A stretch of 64,000 nucleotides of DNA from an uncultured delta proteobacterium. Lineage in GTDB: Bacteria; Desulfobacterota; Desulfobacteria; Desulfobacterales; B30-G6. The notes beneath the pieces are model-generated. The model did no database searches and had not been told where the DNA came from. It saw only the letters and a program-made list of their open reading frames with translations. Below, one piece after another: positions 21,956 through 32,034 of the stretch. The translations under genes and the position numbers were made by a program. Where the stretch lies: the NCBI GenBank assembly GCA_963823335.1, contig CAWGLD010000005.1, positions 192,001 to 256,000 on the forward strand, given 5' to 3'. Position 1 is the first letter of the stretch. Each line of letters starts with the position of its first letter.

Positions 21956-23071
21956 ATGATTGCCGTCAATGCCGCTGCCATTATTCTCGCTGCAGGAGTA
22001 TCCTCACGCATGGGTAAATTCAAGCCCCTCCTGCCACTGGGCAATAAAACCGTGATCGAGCGAATTGTGGCGATGTTTTTACATGCCGGTGTTCGTGATG
22101 TACGGGTCGTCTTAGGATACAAGGCCCGCGATGTGATCGCCGTGCTGAAGAATCTGGGGGTGTCCTGGTGCATCAACGATGATTACCCGTCGGAAATGTT
22201 CACCTCCGTAAAAGTGGGGTTAGGTGGTCTGAAACAGGATGCCGAGGCTTTTTTTGTATTACCGGTTGATATTCCCCTGGTTAAAGCACAGACACTCCAA
22301 TGGCTCATGGGGGGTTCTGCTAAAGACACACACCAAATCATGTACCCCACATTTCTTGGTGAAAGGGGGCACCCACCCCTGATTTCGCGCCACTATGCGC
22401 GGGAACTCATGACTTGGGCAGGCAAGGGTGGTCTGAAGGGGTTCTTAGAACAGTATGACCATAATTCCCGCGATGTGCCGGTGTTCGACGAGGGAATCCT
22501 GATGGACATGGATACGCCCAGCCAATATCGGGAGATTGTCACTCGGTATGAAAAAAGACAGGTTCCAACCAAGGCAGAAATCACAGCCATGATGACAACC
22601 CGTTTTTCCGCAGATCATCGTGTTGTAAAGCACAGCAAGGTTGTCGCACGGGTTGCACGGGTTGTCGGGGAAAAGCTGTTGAATGCCGGGCACAAGATAG
22701 ATGTCAGCCTGGTGGACGCCTGCGGGTATCTGCATGACATAGGGAAAGGTGAAAAACAACATGCAAAATTCGGTGCTCGACTTCTGAAAAGCATGGGATA
22801 TCCACAGGTTGCCGATATCATCGTGTCCCACATGGATTTATCTTTTGCTGAAGAAGGCAACATTACGGAAAAAGAGGTTGTTTATCTGGCCGACAAACTG
22901 ACGTATGGTGAAAAAATATTGCCTCTCGACAAACGATTGAAATCGAAATTGAACCAGCTCACCGATCAAACAAAGGGAAAAGTGGCTGCTGAAAAGCGGA
23001 TTAGAACCGCCATGCAGATTGAGCATGCGATTGAAAAAATTGTCGGGGAAAAACTGTCGGTGTTTTTATAA
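21956..23071 (+). CDS. MocA-like nucleotidyltransferase fused to HD domain
   Basis: ILAAGVSSRMG, LPVDIP, GHPPLI, DMDTP; C-terminal H..HDIGK..H..ADK. Confidence 0.8.
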   Translation: MIAVNAAAIILAAGVSSRMGKFKPLLPLGNKTVIERIVAMFLHAGVRDVRVVLGYKARDVIAVLKNLGVSWCINDDYPSEMFTSVKVGLGGLKQDAEAFFVLPVDIPLVKAQTLQWLMGGSAKDTHQIMYPTFLGERGHPPLISRHYARELMTWAGKGGLKGFLEQYDHNSRDVPVFDEGILMDMDTPSQYREIVTRYEKRQVPTKAEITAMMTTRFSADHRVVKHSKVVARVARVVGEKLLNAGHKIDVSLVDACGYLHDIGKGEKQHAKFGARLLKSMGYPQVADIIVSHMDLSFAEEGNITEKEVVYLADKLTYGEKILPLDKRLKSKLNQLTDQTKGKVAAEKRIRTAMQIEHAIEKIVGEKLSVFL

Positions 23072-23086
23072 GCGTGAGAATATCAT

Positions 23087-23395
23087 CTCAATATCAAGGA
23101 TAAGGGCCTGGTGGTCATTTCCGGCTGTGCCCATGCAGGTATCGTGAATACAATCAAATATGCACAGCATATTACGGGCGTAAGGGATGTATGGGCGGTC
23201 ATGGGCGGCTTTCATTTGTCAGGGGCGGATTTTGCCGGTGTCATATCGCCTACCACGGCAGGGTTAAAAGAGATCAATCCTCATTACATCATACCAGCGC
23301 ATTGTACCGGTCGGGATGCTGTCATGCACATTGAAAGGGAGATGCCTGATGCGTTTTTGTTGAATATGGCAGGCACAAAAATGACATTTGCTTAG
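23087..23395 (+). pseudogene. C-terminal remnant of an MBL-fold metallo-hydrolase
   Basis: LNIKDKGLVVISGCAHAG, GGFHL, PAHCTG; N-terminal HxHxDH half absent. Confidence 0.7.
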
Positions 23396-23401
23396 GAGCC
23401 C

Positions 23402-23463
23402 TAAGCTGTAAGCCATAAGCGATAAGCTGCTTACTGCTTAAAGCTTATCGTCGCTTATCGCTT
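23402..23463. repeat. Heptamer tandem/inverted repeat (TAAGCNN)n...(NNGCTTA)n, family B copy 1
   Basis: TAAGCTG TAAGCCA TAAGCGA TAAGCTG followed by GCTTA units. Confidence 0.75.
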
Positions 23464-23529
23464 GACAGACCCGGTTATCGTGCCTATTTACTGCTTCTGA
23501 AAAATGAACCGCAACAGGAGAATTAAAAC

Positions 23530-23910
23530 ATGAAAATCGCTTTTCCAACGCAGGAAAATAAAGGCTTAGAGAGTACAGTGCACAACCATTTTGGGTCTGC
23601 ACCGTTTTTTGTTGTTGTGACTTCGGAGAATGGTGAATTGGAAATTCTGGACAATCAAGATCTGGGACATGAACATGGGAACTGCCAGCCGTTGGCCGCG
23701 CTTGGCGGGGCACCTGTCGATGCGGTGGTGGTGGGCGGTATCGGCGGTGGTGCGTTAAAAAAACTGGCGGATGCCGGCATCCAGGCCTACCGGGCAGTGG
23801 AAGGAACGGTATCTGATAATCTTTCACTCATAAAAGAGGGCAGGTTGCCCGTGTTTACCATCGACCAGACCTGCCGCGGGCATCAGGGGATCGGCAATTG
23901 CGTTCACTAG
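23530..23910 (+). CDS. NifB/NifX-family (dinitrogenase FeMo-cofactor domain) protein
   Basis: MKIAFP, HFGSAPFF, GGIGGGA. Confidence 0.85.
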   Translation: MKIAFPTQENKGLESTVHNHFGSAPFFVVVTSENGELEILDNQDLGHEHGNCQPLAALGGAPVDAVVVGGIGGGALKKLADAGIQAYRAVEGTVSDNLSLIKEGRLPVFTIDQTCRGHQGIGNCVH

Positions 23911-24078
23911 AAGCATCTCAAAAATGTCTTTAGGCCCAAATCCTGTGTTGGGTCCTCGTTTCAAGTCCTCAACATACTTGAGTATGCCTGCGGGTTGAAA
24001 CTTGGATCCGTCTTGGCTTTGACGAAGATCCCGCTCTTTTTGCGGGGAACCAGAATCCTGTTTTTGAGATGGCTTCTA
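23908..24078. mobile_element. Putative MITE (~170 bp), copy 1
   Basis: Terminal inverted repeats TAGAAGCATCTCAAAAA / TTTTTGAGATGGCTTCTA; interior matches 33234-33405 in reverse orientation; no ORF. Confidence 0.75.
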
Positions 24079-24092
24079 ATAAGGAATTGAAG

Positions 24093-24248
24093 ATGTCTGC
24101 TAAAAAATTTGAAACGACCGGCGCTTCTGATGGTGATATCTTCCGCGTTCTGCAGGACATTCCAGCCAAAAAGCATCACTGTATCCAGTTGGCGGTCAAA
24201 GCGCTTCACAAAACAATTGATGCTTATCAACAGCGCAACCCGCTATAA
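24093..24248 (+). pseudogene. IscU/NifU_N scaffold C-terminal remnant (51 aa)
   Basis: Manual translation ...IFRVLQDIPAKKHHCIQLAVKALHKTIDAY... resembles the IscU LPxxKxHCxxLAxxAL motif. Confidence 0.55.
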
Positions 24249-24299
24249 CATCTGGTTTATATCTTCAACTCCTGGCGAGAAACCTGCCTGGTTAGCATG

Positions 24300-25217
24300 C
24301 TAACCGGGCGTACCGGAGTTGCGATAGTGTACAACGGAGTCGGCAGAATAGACAGCAAGGGCTGCCCAGATCAGGAAAAAGCTGATAAGCTGTTCTATCT
24401 TAAATGGCTCCAGATAAACAAAGACAGCCATCACAAACATACAACTGGGCGCGATGTATTGCAGGAAGCCCAGTGTTGTCAGTCTGACTCTACGGGCACT
24501 CATGGCAAATAAAAGCAGGGGCAGGGCGGTGACAATTGACGTTCCCATAAGAAGCAGATCGATCTGAAGCGATAGCTTTAAAAAAACGGCGGAGCCGTTC
24601 ATGCCCAGATAGATCAAGTATCCCAAGGCGGGTGCGGTCAACAAAAAAGTTTCGATGGCCAGGCCCACCAGAGAACCCACCGCGATAATTTTGCGGATCA
24701 ATCCATATAAACCGAACGTAAGTGCAAGGATGCATGCGATCCAGGGAAACTGGCCATAAAAGATGGTGAGAAAGAATACTCCCCCTCCGGCAAGCAGCAC
24801 CGCAAGTACCTGGAAAGTCCTTAGGCGCTCTTTCAAAAACAGGGTGCCCAGCAGGACATTCACGAGGGGGTTGATATAGTAGCCGAGACTGGCCTGCAGC
24901 AGAAACTCATTGTTGATCGCCCAGATGTAGACGAGCCAGTTGCAGGAGACAAACAGGGAGGTTACCGCCAGGGTACAAATTGAGCGCCAGCTTGTCAAAG
25001 CCAGCAGGAATTCTTTCCAGCGTCTCCTGAACAAAATCAAGGGCATGAGGAGCAGAAAGGACCAGACCACCCTGTGGGCAACGATTTCGAGTGCCGGTAC
25101 TGCCGTCAATGTTTTCCAGTAAAGTGGGCTGATACCCCAGATGAGAAAAGCGGCTGCACCGAAAACAACACCGGAAATCGGTGTGGGGGTGGTTTTGTCT
25201 GAAGATGGTGGGCTCAT
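24300..25217 (-). CDS. rarD: EamA-family transporter RarD
   Basis: EIVAHRVVWS, ASLGYYINPL, LGFLQYIAP. Confidence 0.9.
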   Translation of the reverse strand: MSPPSSDKTTPTPISGVVFGAAAFLIWGISPLYWKTLTAVPALEIVAHRVVWSFLLLMPLILFRRRWKEFLLALTSWRSICTLAVTSLFVSCNWLVYIWAINNEFLLQASLGYYINPLVNVLLGTLFLKERLRTFQVLAVLLAGGGVFFLTIFYGQFPWIACILALTFGLYGLIRKIIAVGSLVGLAIETFLLTAPALGYLIYLGMNGSAVFLKLSLQIDLLLMGTSIVTALPLLLFAMSARRVRLTTLGFLQYIAPSCMFVMAVFVYLEPFKIEQLISFFLIWAALAVYSADSVVHYRNSGTPG

Positions 25218-25664
25218 GAGAGGTTGTCGGGCGTTTTCGGCGTATGGTGACGCGGTTATTTCAAACGTTTGACCCTTCTGCTGATGATGGATACCGATTT
25301 CTCAAGCGCGAGAACTTTTTTTTCGACATTTCCAAGGGTGTAATCTGATCCACTCATAACGCAGGTTGCTTCTGACTGATTCCATCCTTTTCCTCAAAAT
25401 AAATTTGTTTTACGAATTTATACCGCTTGTCATAATAATGTTCCGAAAATAGGATGGCGGCATAAGGGGTTGTAGCAGATAAAAGGTCCTCAATCGGAAC
25501 GGTTTTCTGGCAACCCCTATATAAAACGCGACGATGTCGCTTTTTTGTGAGAGAACAACGAGAACTATATTCCAAATTGGTCATGAATAACAAGCATTTT
25601 GTATTCTATAACTTTAATTTATTACCAAGCGACACAACAATGCAGTGATAGGGAGAGGTAGACG

Positions 25665-26129
25665 ATGGGGACTGAAATCGAAAGAAAATTTCTGCTGAAG
25701 AACGATGCATGGCGATCTCTGGCCAGGGGGACGAGATACAGGCAAGGGTATTTGAACAGTACCAAGGAGCGTACCGTACGGGTACGCACCATCGAGAACA
25801 GCGGCTATTTGACCATTAAAGGGCCTAACGAAAGAGCTACCCGGGTCGAATATGAATATGGCATTCCTGAAAGCGATGCAACGGCCATGTTGGATGATCT
25901 CTGCGAGAAACCCATCATCGAAAAAGATCGGTATAAAATTGAATTGGGCGGGCTGGTCTGGGAAGTCGATGAGTTTTTCGGTGAAAATACAGGATTGATT
26001 GTGGTAGAGGTAGAATTGGAAAGCGAGGACCAGGATTTTGAAAAACCGGAGTGGATCGGCGATGAAGTGACGGGTGAACCTAAATATTATAATGCCAGCC
26101 TTGTGATTCATCCATACACGAAATGGTGA
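25665..26129 (+). CDS. CYTH domain protein
   Basis: EIERKFL, QGYL, VRVR, LTIKG, WEVDEF, EVEL. Confidence 0.92.
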   Translation: MGTEIERKFLLKNDAWRSLARGTRYRQGYLNSTKERTVRVRTIENSGYLTIKGPNERATRVEYEYGIPESDATAMLDDLCEKPIIEKDRYKIELGGLVWEVDEFFGENTGLIVVEVELESEDQDFEKPEWIGDEVTGEPKYYNASLVIHPYTKW

Positions 26130-26211
26130 GGATTTTAACCCGTTGCTTTCCTGTCATTTTTCTGATAATAGCGATCATATCTTCAATCTTACCGGAAAAC
26201 AGAGCTCTCCC

Positions 26212-26553
26212 ATGAATGAACAGGATCATCAAAATAGCGATCAGGACCGGCGTTCTGAGCAGAGGATGGCGCCTGACAAGTATTACAGTGTTCAATTTTC
26301 CGTTAAAGACCTGGCCTACATTTATCAGTTCAAAATACGCGATGTCTCAGCCGAGGGGCTTTGTATCCTGGTGGATGAGAATTCAGAAGTGTTGAAACAT
26401 CTCAAAGCAGGTGATGTCATCGACATGAAGTATTACCTGTCCGAATCCATGGGTACAACGGAAGCCCTCAAGACAGAAATCCGCCATGTCACCAAGGATG
26501 CGGATATGCGTTTCAAGGGACATTGCCAGGTCGGTCTGCTTATTCTTGAATAG
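26212..26553 (+). CDS. PilZ domain protein
   Basis: DRRSEQR (RxxxR) and DVSAEG (DxSxxG). Confidence 0.75.
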   Translation: MNEQDHQNSDQDRRSEQRMAPDKYYSVQFSVKDLAYIYQFKIRDVSAEGLCILVDENSEVLKHLKAGDVIDMKYYLSESMGTTEALKTEIRHVTKDADMRFKGHCQVGLLILE

Positions 26554-26610
26554 CTATAAGCAATAAGCTCTAAGGGTTAAGCTACAAGCGGATAGCCAGC
26601 TTATGCTTAC
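26551..26610. repeat. Heptamer repeat family B copy 2
   Basis: TAAGCAA TAAGCTC ... TAAGCTA ... GCTTA TGCTTA. Confidence 0.6.
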
Positions 26611-26773
26611 TAGTAAAAATTACCCCCCCAAACATAGAAGAATCTCAAATATGCCGACAACTGCATCACAGCAGGCACTGACTGGATTGCGAGATCTTTC
26701 CATGCTCGAATGGTACGTGATCCCTTACCGCGTAAGGTTTATCTCCTTGGATCCAGGACCTCTTGGACCCTTT

Positions 26774-28708
26774 TTATGGTTTCCTCACAAGTATCGTAAC
26801 CGAACCGGGGATGTCATCGATAGTAATGACACCCGTGTGGGGATCCATGTGAACCTGGGAAACGTCGTCTGGAATGCTGAAGTGGCGATAGGGCCGGTCT
26901 TTAAGCACCTCCGACATGAATGCCACCCAAATGGGAAGGGCTGCTCTTGCTCCGGTTTCCCCTTTTCCCAGAGACTCGGATCCATCCTGGCCGACCCATA
27001 TGCCTACCGTAATTTCCGGTGAAAAACCGATAAAAAGTGCATCCCTGAAATCATCTGTGGTACCTGTTTTCCCGGCTACTGGTCTCTGAAGAATTTTTGC
27101 TTTCCGACCGGTTCCTTCCTGGACAGCCGCCACCAGCATGTCTGTAACAATGGCTGCACCGCTTTCAGACATGACGACACGTTTCTCAGGAGTGGGATGC
27201 CAAATTGTCCGGCCCCTTGAATCATCAACCGCCATGATACTGAACGGTTTTACAGCCCTGCCTTTGTTCGGAAATACGGCGTATGTGCTGGTGAGATCCA
27301 GAAGGGATATTTCCGATGTGCCCAGGGCCAGGGACAATTCCGGCGGCAACAACGAGGAAATCCCCATGGTGTGTGCAAACTGAACTACCGCTGATGGGCC
27401 CAGCATCTGAATAAGTCGTACAGCCGGAATGTTTTTTGATGTGGCCAGGGCTTTGCGAAAGGTTATCTCTCCGGAATAGGTATTGGAAAAATTTTGGGGC
27501 TGCCAGACTTCCTGAGAGGGGCTGTTTCTAAAAGCGACCGGCGCATCGAGCACCATCTGGTTTTGGGAAAATCCGTTTTCTACAGCGAGGGCATAGACGA
27601 TCGGTTTGAAGGCGGATCCCGGCTGTCGTTTTGCCATGGTGGCCCGGTTGTATGAATTCTCATAGTAGTCTTTGCCCCCGACCATGGCCAGAATCGCACC
27701 AGAATCCACCTGAAGGGCGATCAAAGCGGCCTGAAGTGATATTACAGGCACGTTTTGGCGTTTCATACGGGATTCCAGGTCAGCCAGGCCTTTTTGGACG
27801 GCGTCTTCAGCTGCTGACTGCATTTCATTTGAGAGTGTCGTATAAACGTTTAATCCGCCTTTATAGAGCTGGGAGGGACCCAGTTTTTTTTCGAGTTCTT
27901 TTTTGGCATGTTCGACAAAATAGGGCGACGTGGAGGCTGTATTCCTGTTGCCGGCCGTTGCTACGGGTGTATTCAATGCAGACTGATAGTCTTTTTCCTG
28001 GATAATACCGGTGGCGAGCATCTGCTTCAAAACAATATTTCTTCGTTGTTCTGCCAGTTCCCGATTCACCAGGGGGGAGAAACGGGAGGGGGCTTTCGGC
28101 ATGGCCGCGATCAGAGCACATTCCGGCAGGTCAAGCTGTTTTACCGATTTTCCAAAAAAAATGTCAGCTGCCGACTCAACCCCATAGGCGCCGCTGCCGA
28201 GGTATATTTGATTGAGATAAAGCTCCAATATTTCGGCTTTTGTGTATCTGCGTTCAATCTGGAATGCCAGTATCGCTTCCTTGATTTTTCTGGGGAGTGT
28301 TTTGCTGGAGGCCAGAAAAAGGGTTTTGGCGAGTTGCTGCGTAATGGTGCTGGCACCTTCGACAAATTTACGTGCTTTAATGTCCCTGACAAGCGCCCGC
28401 AGGATGCCTTTGAGGTCGATCCCGCTGTGCTGGTAGAAGTTTCTATCTTCCGTCGCAACGAGACCGGCTTTCAAGAAATAGGGAATATCTTCCAGGGACA
28501 CCGGTCTTCTTTTTTCCATGAATAGTTCGGACAGGATTACGCCATCAGCGGAATGTATACGCGTAACGGCAGAGGGAACATAGGATTTTAATGCCAGAAT
28601 TTGGGGGAGGTCGTGGGTCAACCCAAAAAAGGCACCGGCCAGCACGCCGCAGCTGGTGCCGAAAACCATCAACAGCAACAGGGTGATATATTTTCTATTG
28701 GCTTTCAT
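26774..28708 (-). CDS. Penicillin-binding protein 1A family (bifunctional transglycosylase/transpeptidase)
   Basis: EDRNF, GASTITQQ, RKIKE, SAFK, SKN, KTGT motifs. Confidence 0.93.
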   Translation of the reverse strand: MKANRKYITLLLLMVFGTSCGVLAGAFFGLTHDLPQILALKSYVPSAVTRIHSADGVILSELFMEKRRPVSLEDIPYFLKAGLVATEDRNFYQHSGIDLKGILRALVRDIKARKFVEGASTITQQLAKTLFLASSKTLPRKIKEAILAFQIERRYTKAEILELYLNQIYLGSGAYGVESAADIFFGKSVKQLDLPECALIAAMPKAPSRFSPLVNRELAEQRRNIVLKQMLATGIIQEKDYQSALNTPVATAGNRNTASTSPYFVEHAKKELEKKLGPSQLYKGGLNVYTTLSNEMQSAAEDAVQKGLADLESRMKRQNVPVISLQAALIALQVDSGAILAMVGGKDYYENSYNRATMAKRQPGSAFKPIVYALAVENGFSQNQMVLDAPVAFRNSPSQEVWQPQNFSNTYSGEITFRKALATSKNIPAVRLIQMLGPSAVVQFAHTMGISSLLPPELSLALGTSEISLLDLTSTYAVFPNKGRAVKPFSIMAVDDSRGRTIWHPTPEKRVVMSESGAAIVTDMLVAAVQEGTGRKAKILQRPVAGKTGTTDDFRDALFIGFSPEITVGIWVGQDGSESLGKGETGARAALPIWVAFMSEVLKDRPYRHFSIPDDVSQVHMDPHTGVITIDDIPGSVTILVRKP

Positions 28709-28756
28709 TGAAGGTCGCTTGACTTATGGTTCCCGTGATATTAAATTTGGACCGCG

Positions 28757-28870
28757 ACAGCGGGCGCGGACCCCGTGGATTCTGCTTGCGGCGGTGCTTC
28801 GCATGCCGCAGGGTTAGCGAGCGAAACAAAATTAGATAGAAATCCTTACGGTCGCTGCGAAGCACTGCAT
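28757..28870. repeat. REP-like repeat family A copy 2
   Basis: Shares GGGTTAGCGAGCGAA..ATTAGA.AGAA.TCCTTACGGTCG with 10807 and TGCGGC.GTGCTTCGCATGC with 29679. Confidence 0.7.
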
Positions 28871-28904
28871 GAAATAATTGTCAATCCGAAGAAAAGGAAA
28901 TGCC

Positions 28905-29156
28905 ATGACACACCACCATGACCATCATCACGATGTGACAAGTGATTTAACATTTGAGGAGAAATTGATCAAGCTGCTCGAGCATTGGCTGAAACATAAC
29001 CATGATCATGCCCATACTTACCGGGAATGGGCGGAACGGGCCAAGGCAAATGATCTTACGCAAGTTGCTGTTCTGATAGATGAAATCGGTGAGATTACCC
29101 GGCTCATCGATGAAAAGATCAAGGAAGCTCTCAAAACAGTATCAATTAAGCCATAA
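28905..29156 (+). CDS. Small His-rich putative metal-binding protein
   Basis: MTHHHDHHHD..KLLEHWLKHNHDHAHTY; upstream of feoAB. Confidence 0.7.
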   Translation: MTHHHDHHHDVTSDLTFEEKLIKLLEHWLKHNHDHAHTYREWAERAKANDLTQVAVLIDEIGEITRLIDEKIKEALKTVSIKP

Positions 29157-29198
29157 GCTGTAAGCAATAAGCGTTTAGCAGCTTACAGCTTATAGCTT
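29147..29198. repeat. Heptamer repeat family B copy 3
   Basis: TAAGCCA TAAGCTG TAAGCAA TAAGCGT ... GCTTACA GCTTATA GCTT. Confidence 0.75.
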
Positions 29199-29426
29199 CA
29201 TTCGTTATATGCATCAGGGTTTCAACCCGTCCAGTGGATTCGTACCATCGATGCCCACAGGCTGTTGTATTCCCAGTTTTATTTGGCAGGTTGTGAGCCC
29301 TGATTGTTGACATCGATCCACCGGGGCATTAGTTTTGTTACGTCGTCTCTGGGAAATGGCTTATATATTGTTTAACCGAAAGCACAATACAGACATCGTT
29401 GCGATGTCGTTGAAAGAGAACTGTCA

Positions 29427-29654
29427 ATGATGCTCAGTGAGATGAAAGAAGGGGAAACCGGAACGATCCTCCGGATCGGGGGAGAAGGCGCTCTTCGCCG
29501 AAGAATTCTTGAAATGGGTCTTATCAAGAACACCGAGGTATATGTGGAAAAATACGCCCCCTTGAAAGACCCTCTGGAGTTGATCGTGAAAGGATATCAT
29601 TTATCCCTGAGGGTCAATGAAGCTTCCCAGATTACGGTGGAAAAAGTGGTCTAG
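29427..29654 (+). CDS. feoA: Ferrous iron transport protein A
   Basis: RRILEMGL, APLKDP, LSLRVNEA; upstream of feoB. Confidence 0.92.
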   Translation: MMLSEMKEGETGTILRIGGEGALRRRILEMGLIKNTEVYVEKYAPLKDPLELIVKGYHLSLRVNEASQITVEKVV

Positions 29655-29678
29655 AAAGGGCTGCCCAAAATTAAAACT

Positions 29679-29745
29679 CGACAGCGAGTTCATTGCCCGT
29701 GGTTCTGCCTGCGGCAGTGCTTCGCATGCTGCAAGATTCCCCAAT
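29679..29745. repeat. REP-like repeat family A copy 3 (partial)
   Basis: CGACAGCGAG..CCCGTGGTTCTGCCTGCGGCAGTGCTTCGCATGC matches the 28757 copy. Confidence 0.65.
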
Positions 29746-29825
29746 CGGTCAATAAAAACACAGAACTGCTAACCTGTTATTTTATTTTACGCGTGGGTTA
29801 TAGAAATTCTGAGACGTAAACGAAG

Positions 29826-32018
29826 ATGCCAGCCATGCCCCAAAAATCACTCACCATTGCCCTTTCCGGAAACCCCAACGCCGGAAAAACCTCCATTTTC
29901 AATCATCTTACGGGAACCCGTCAGAAAGTCGGAAACTGGCCGGGCGTGACGGTGGAGAAAAAGGAAGGCACCATCCATAGGCATGGGTATGAACTCAGAA
30001 TCATCGATCTTCCCGGTACCTACAGCCTCACACCGTTTTCCATTGAAGAGATTATCGCCAGGGACTTCATTCTAGAAGAATCACCGGATGTCGTTGTGGT
30101 CATTATCGATGCTTCGAATCTGGAAAGGAGCCTTTATCTTGCAACCCAGATTCGAGAATTGGATTGCAAGGTGGTATTTTGCCTCAACATGGCGGATGTT
30201 GCAAAATCGCGAGGCATCAAAATCGATGCTGCGAAATTGTCGGAACTTCTGGATGTGCCGGTTCTTTTTACGGTGGGCAATAAAAACGATGGTATCGATG
30301 AACTGCTAAAGACCGCTATCGGCCTGGCCGAGACAGATAGTTCCACCACCCAGAAAAGAAGGGTCCGGTATCGGGCAGACATTGAAAAAGCCATCCAGGA
30401 GCTAGGATCGGTCCTGACGGCGGAGCTTGGATCGACACTTCCCTACAACACCAGATGGGTGTCAATTAAATTAATCGAAAACGATACCATCGTCAAAGAA
30501 AGGATTCAGCAGTTAGCAGGCAGCAAGGGCGAAAGGGTATTTGAAGCGGTTCAAACACAGCGGGATACCCTCATGGGCCTCTTTGATGAAGAACCGGAAA
30601 TACTGACCACGGACGAACGTTACGGTTTTATTGCCGGCATTATCAAGGAGGTACATACCACAGCGGTACAGCAGCGAGTTGACATTTCCCGGAACATTGA
30701 CCTGGTTCTGACAAACAGGTTTGTGGGGTTCCCCATCTTCATTCTGTTTATCTGGATCATGTTCCAATCGACCTTCACTTTTGGTGAATATCCCATGGAG
30801 TGGATAAAGACCGTTATCAATGGTTTTTCCATGTTTGTGGGTAGCGTTGTGCCTGATTCTCTGATAAAGGAGCTACTCCTGGAAGGGGTGATAGCCGGTG
30901 TCGGCAGTGTCATTGTATTCTTACCCAATATCCTGATACTTTTCTTCTGCATCGCTATTTTTGAAGATACAGGATACATGTCCCGGGCTGCTTTTCTGAT
31001 GGACAAGATCATGCATCTGATCGGTCTGCACGGAAAATCCTTTATTCCCATGTTGATGGGATTTGGCTGCAACGTTCCGGCGATCATGGCTGCCAGAACC
31101 CTGGAAAGTGAAAAAGACCGCATCCTGACCATTCTGATTACACCCTTTATGTCTTGCTCCGCAAAACTGCCCGTCTACATCGTCCTGGCGGGTGCGTTTT
31201 TCGGGCCGCGTGCGGGGACTGTTATCTTTCTCATATACCTTCTGGGGATTGTTCTCTCCATTGTCACCGGCAGACTGTTTCGTTCCGTGTTACTCAAAGG
31301 TGCTGACGCACCTTTTGTCATGGAACTTCCACCATACCGGGTGCCGATGCTCAAGAGCCTCGTGATTCATATGTGGGATCGCAGCAGGATATTTTTAAAA
31401 AAAATGGGAGGGATTATCCTGGTGGGATCGGTGGTGGTCTGGTGCCTGACGGCATTCCCGCGGCAGGTGTCCTACACCATGGATTATGATGCAGAGATCT
31501 CAAGAATCGAACAGACATATCAGGCATTTCAACCGGCTCCGGAAATGGAGTTGCTGGCAAAGGTTCAGGCAAAAAAAGACCAGGAGATCCAGCAGTTGAA
31601 AATGGCTCGGGCTGCTGAAAGGGCAGAAAATTCTTTTATGGGCCGTATCGGTACCACCATCGCGCCATTTTTTCATCCCCTCGGTATTGACTGGAAAGGG
31701 GGCGTGGCGCTTCTGACGGGTTTTGTTGCCAAAGAAATCGTGGTCAGTACCCTTGGGGTCCTGTATGCCGCTGACGATGCCTCGGAACACGATGCGCTCA
31801 AAAAAGCGCTTTTGGCATCCAACGTTACACCTCTGTCGGCTTTTTCGATGATGATCTTTGTGCTGCTCTATCTCCCGTGTCTTGCCACAGTTGCCGCAAT
31901 TCGACGAGAGACCCGCTCCCTGCGGTGGATGCTCTTCAGTATCGGCTACACGACATCGGTAGCCTGGGTCATGTCTTTTCTGGTGTATCAGGGCGGGAAG
32001 CTGCTCGGTCTTTCTTAA
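29826..32018 (+). CDS. feoB: Ferrous iron transport protein B
   Basis: GNPNAGKT, VGNWPGVTVE, DLPG, EDTGYMSR, GFGCNVP, AKEIVV. Confidence 0.95.
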   Translation: MPAMPQKSLTIALSGNPNAGKTSIFNHLTGTRQKVGNWPGVTVEKKEGTIHRHGYELRIIDLPGTYSLTPFSIEEIIARDFILEESPDVVVVIIDASNLERSLYLATQIRELDCKVVFCLNMADVAKSRGIKIDAAKLSELLDVPVLFTVGNKNDGIDELLKTAIGLAETDSSTTQKRRVRYRADIEKAIQELGSVLTAELGSTLPYNTRWVSIKLIENDTIVKERIQQLAGSKGERVFEAVQTQRDTLMGLFDEEPEILTTDERYGFIAGIIKEVHTTAVQQRVDISRNIDLVLTNRFVGFPIFILFIWIMFQSTFTFGEYPMEWIKTVINGFSMFVGSVVPDSLIKELLLEGVIAGVGSVIVFLPNILILFFCIAIFEDTGYMSRAAFLMDKIMHLIGLHGKSFIPMLMGFGCNVPAIMAARTLESEKDRILTILITPFMSCSAKLPVYIVLAGAFFGPRAGTVIFLIYLLGIVLSIVTGRLFRSVLLKGADAPFVMELPPYRVPMLKSLVIHMWDRSRIFLKKMGGIILVGSVVVWCLTAFPRQVSYTMDYDAEISRIEQTYQAFQPAPEMELLAKVQAKKDQEIQQLKMARAAERAENSFMGRIGTTIAPFFHPLGIDWKGGVALLTGFVAKEIVVSTLGVLYAADDASEHDALKKALLASNVTPLSAFSMMIFVLLYLPCLATVAAIRRETRSLRWMLFSIGYTTSVAWVMSFLVYQGGKLLGLS

Positions 32019-32034
32019 TAGCGAAACCTTCTGG

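Noticed and set aside
29392-29408. Palindrome GACATCG-TTG-CGATGTC before feoA as a Fur box
   Set aside because: Does not match the AT-rich Fur consensus and occurs once; unsupported.
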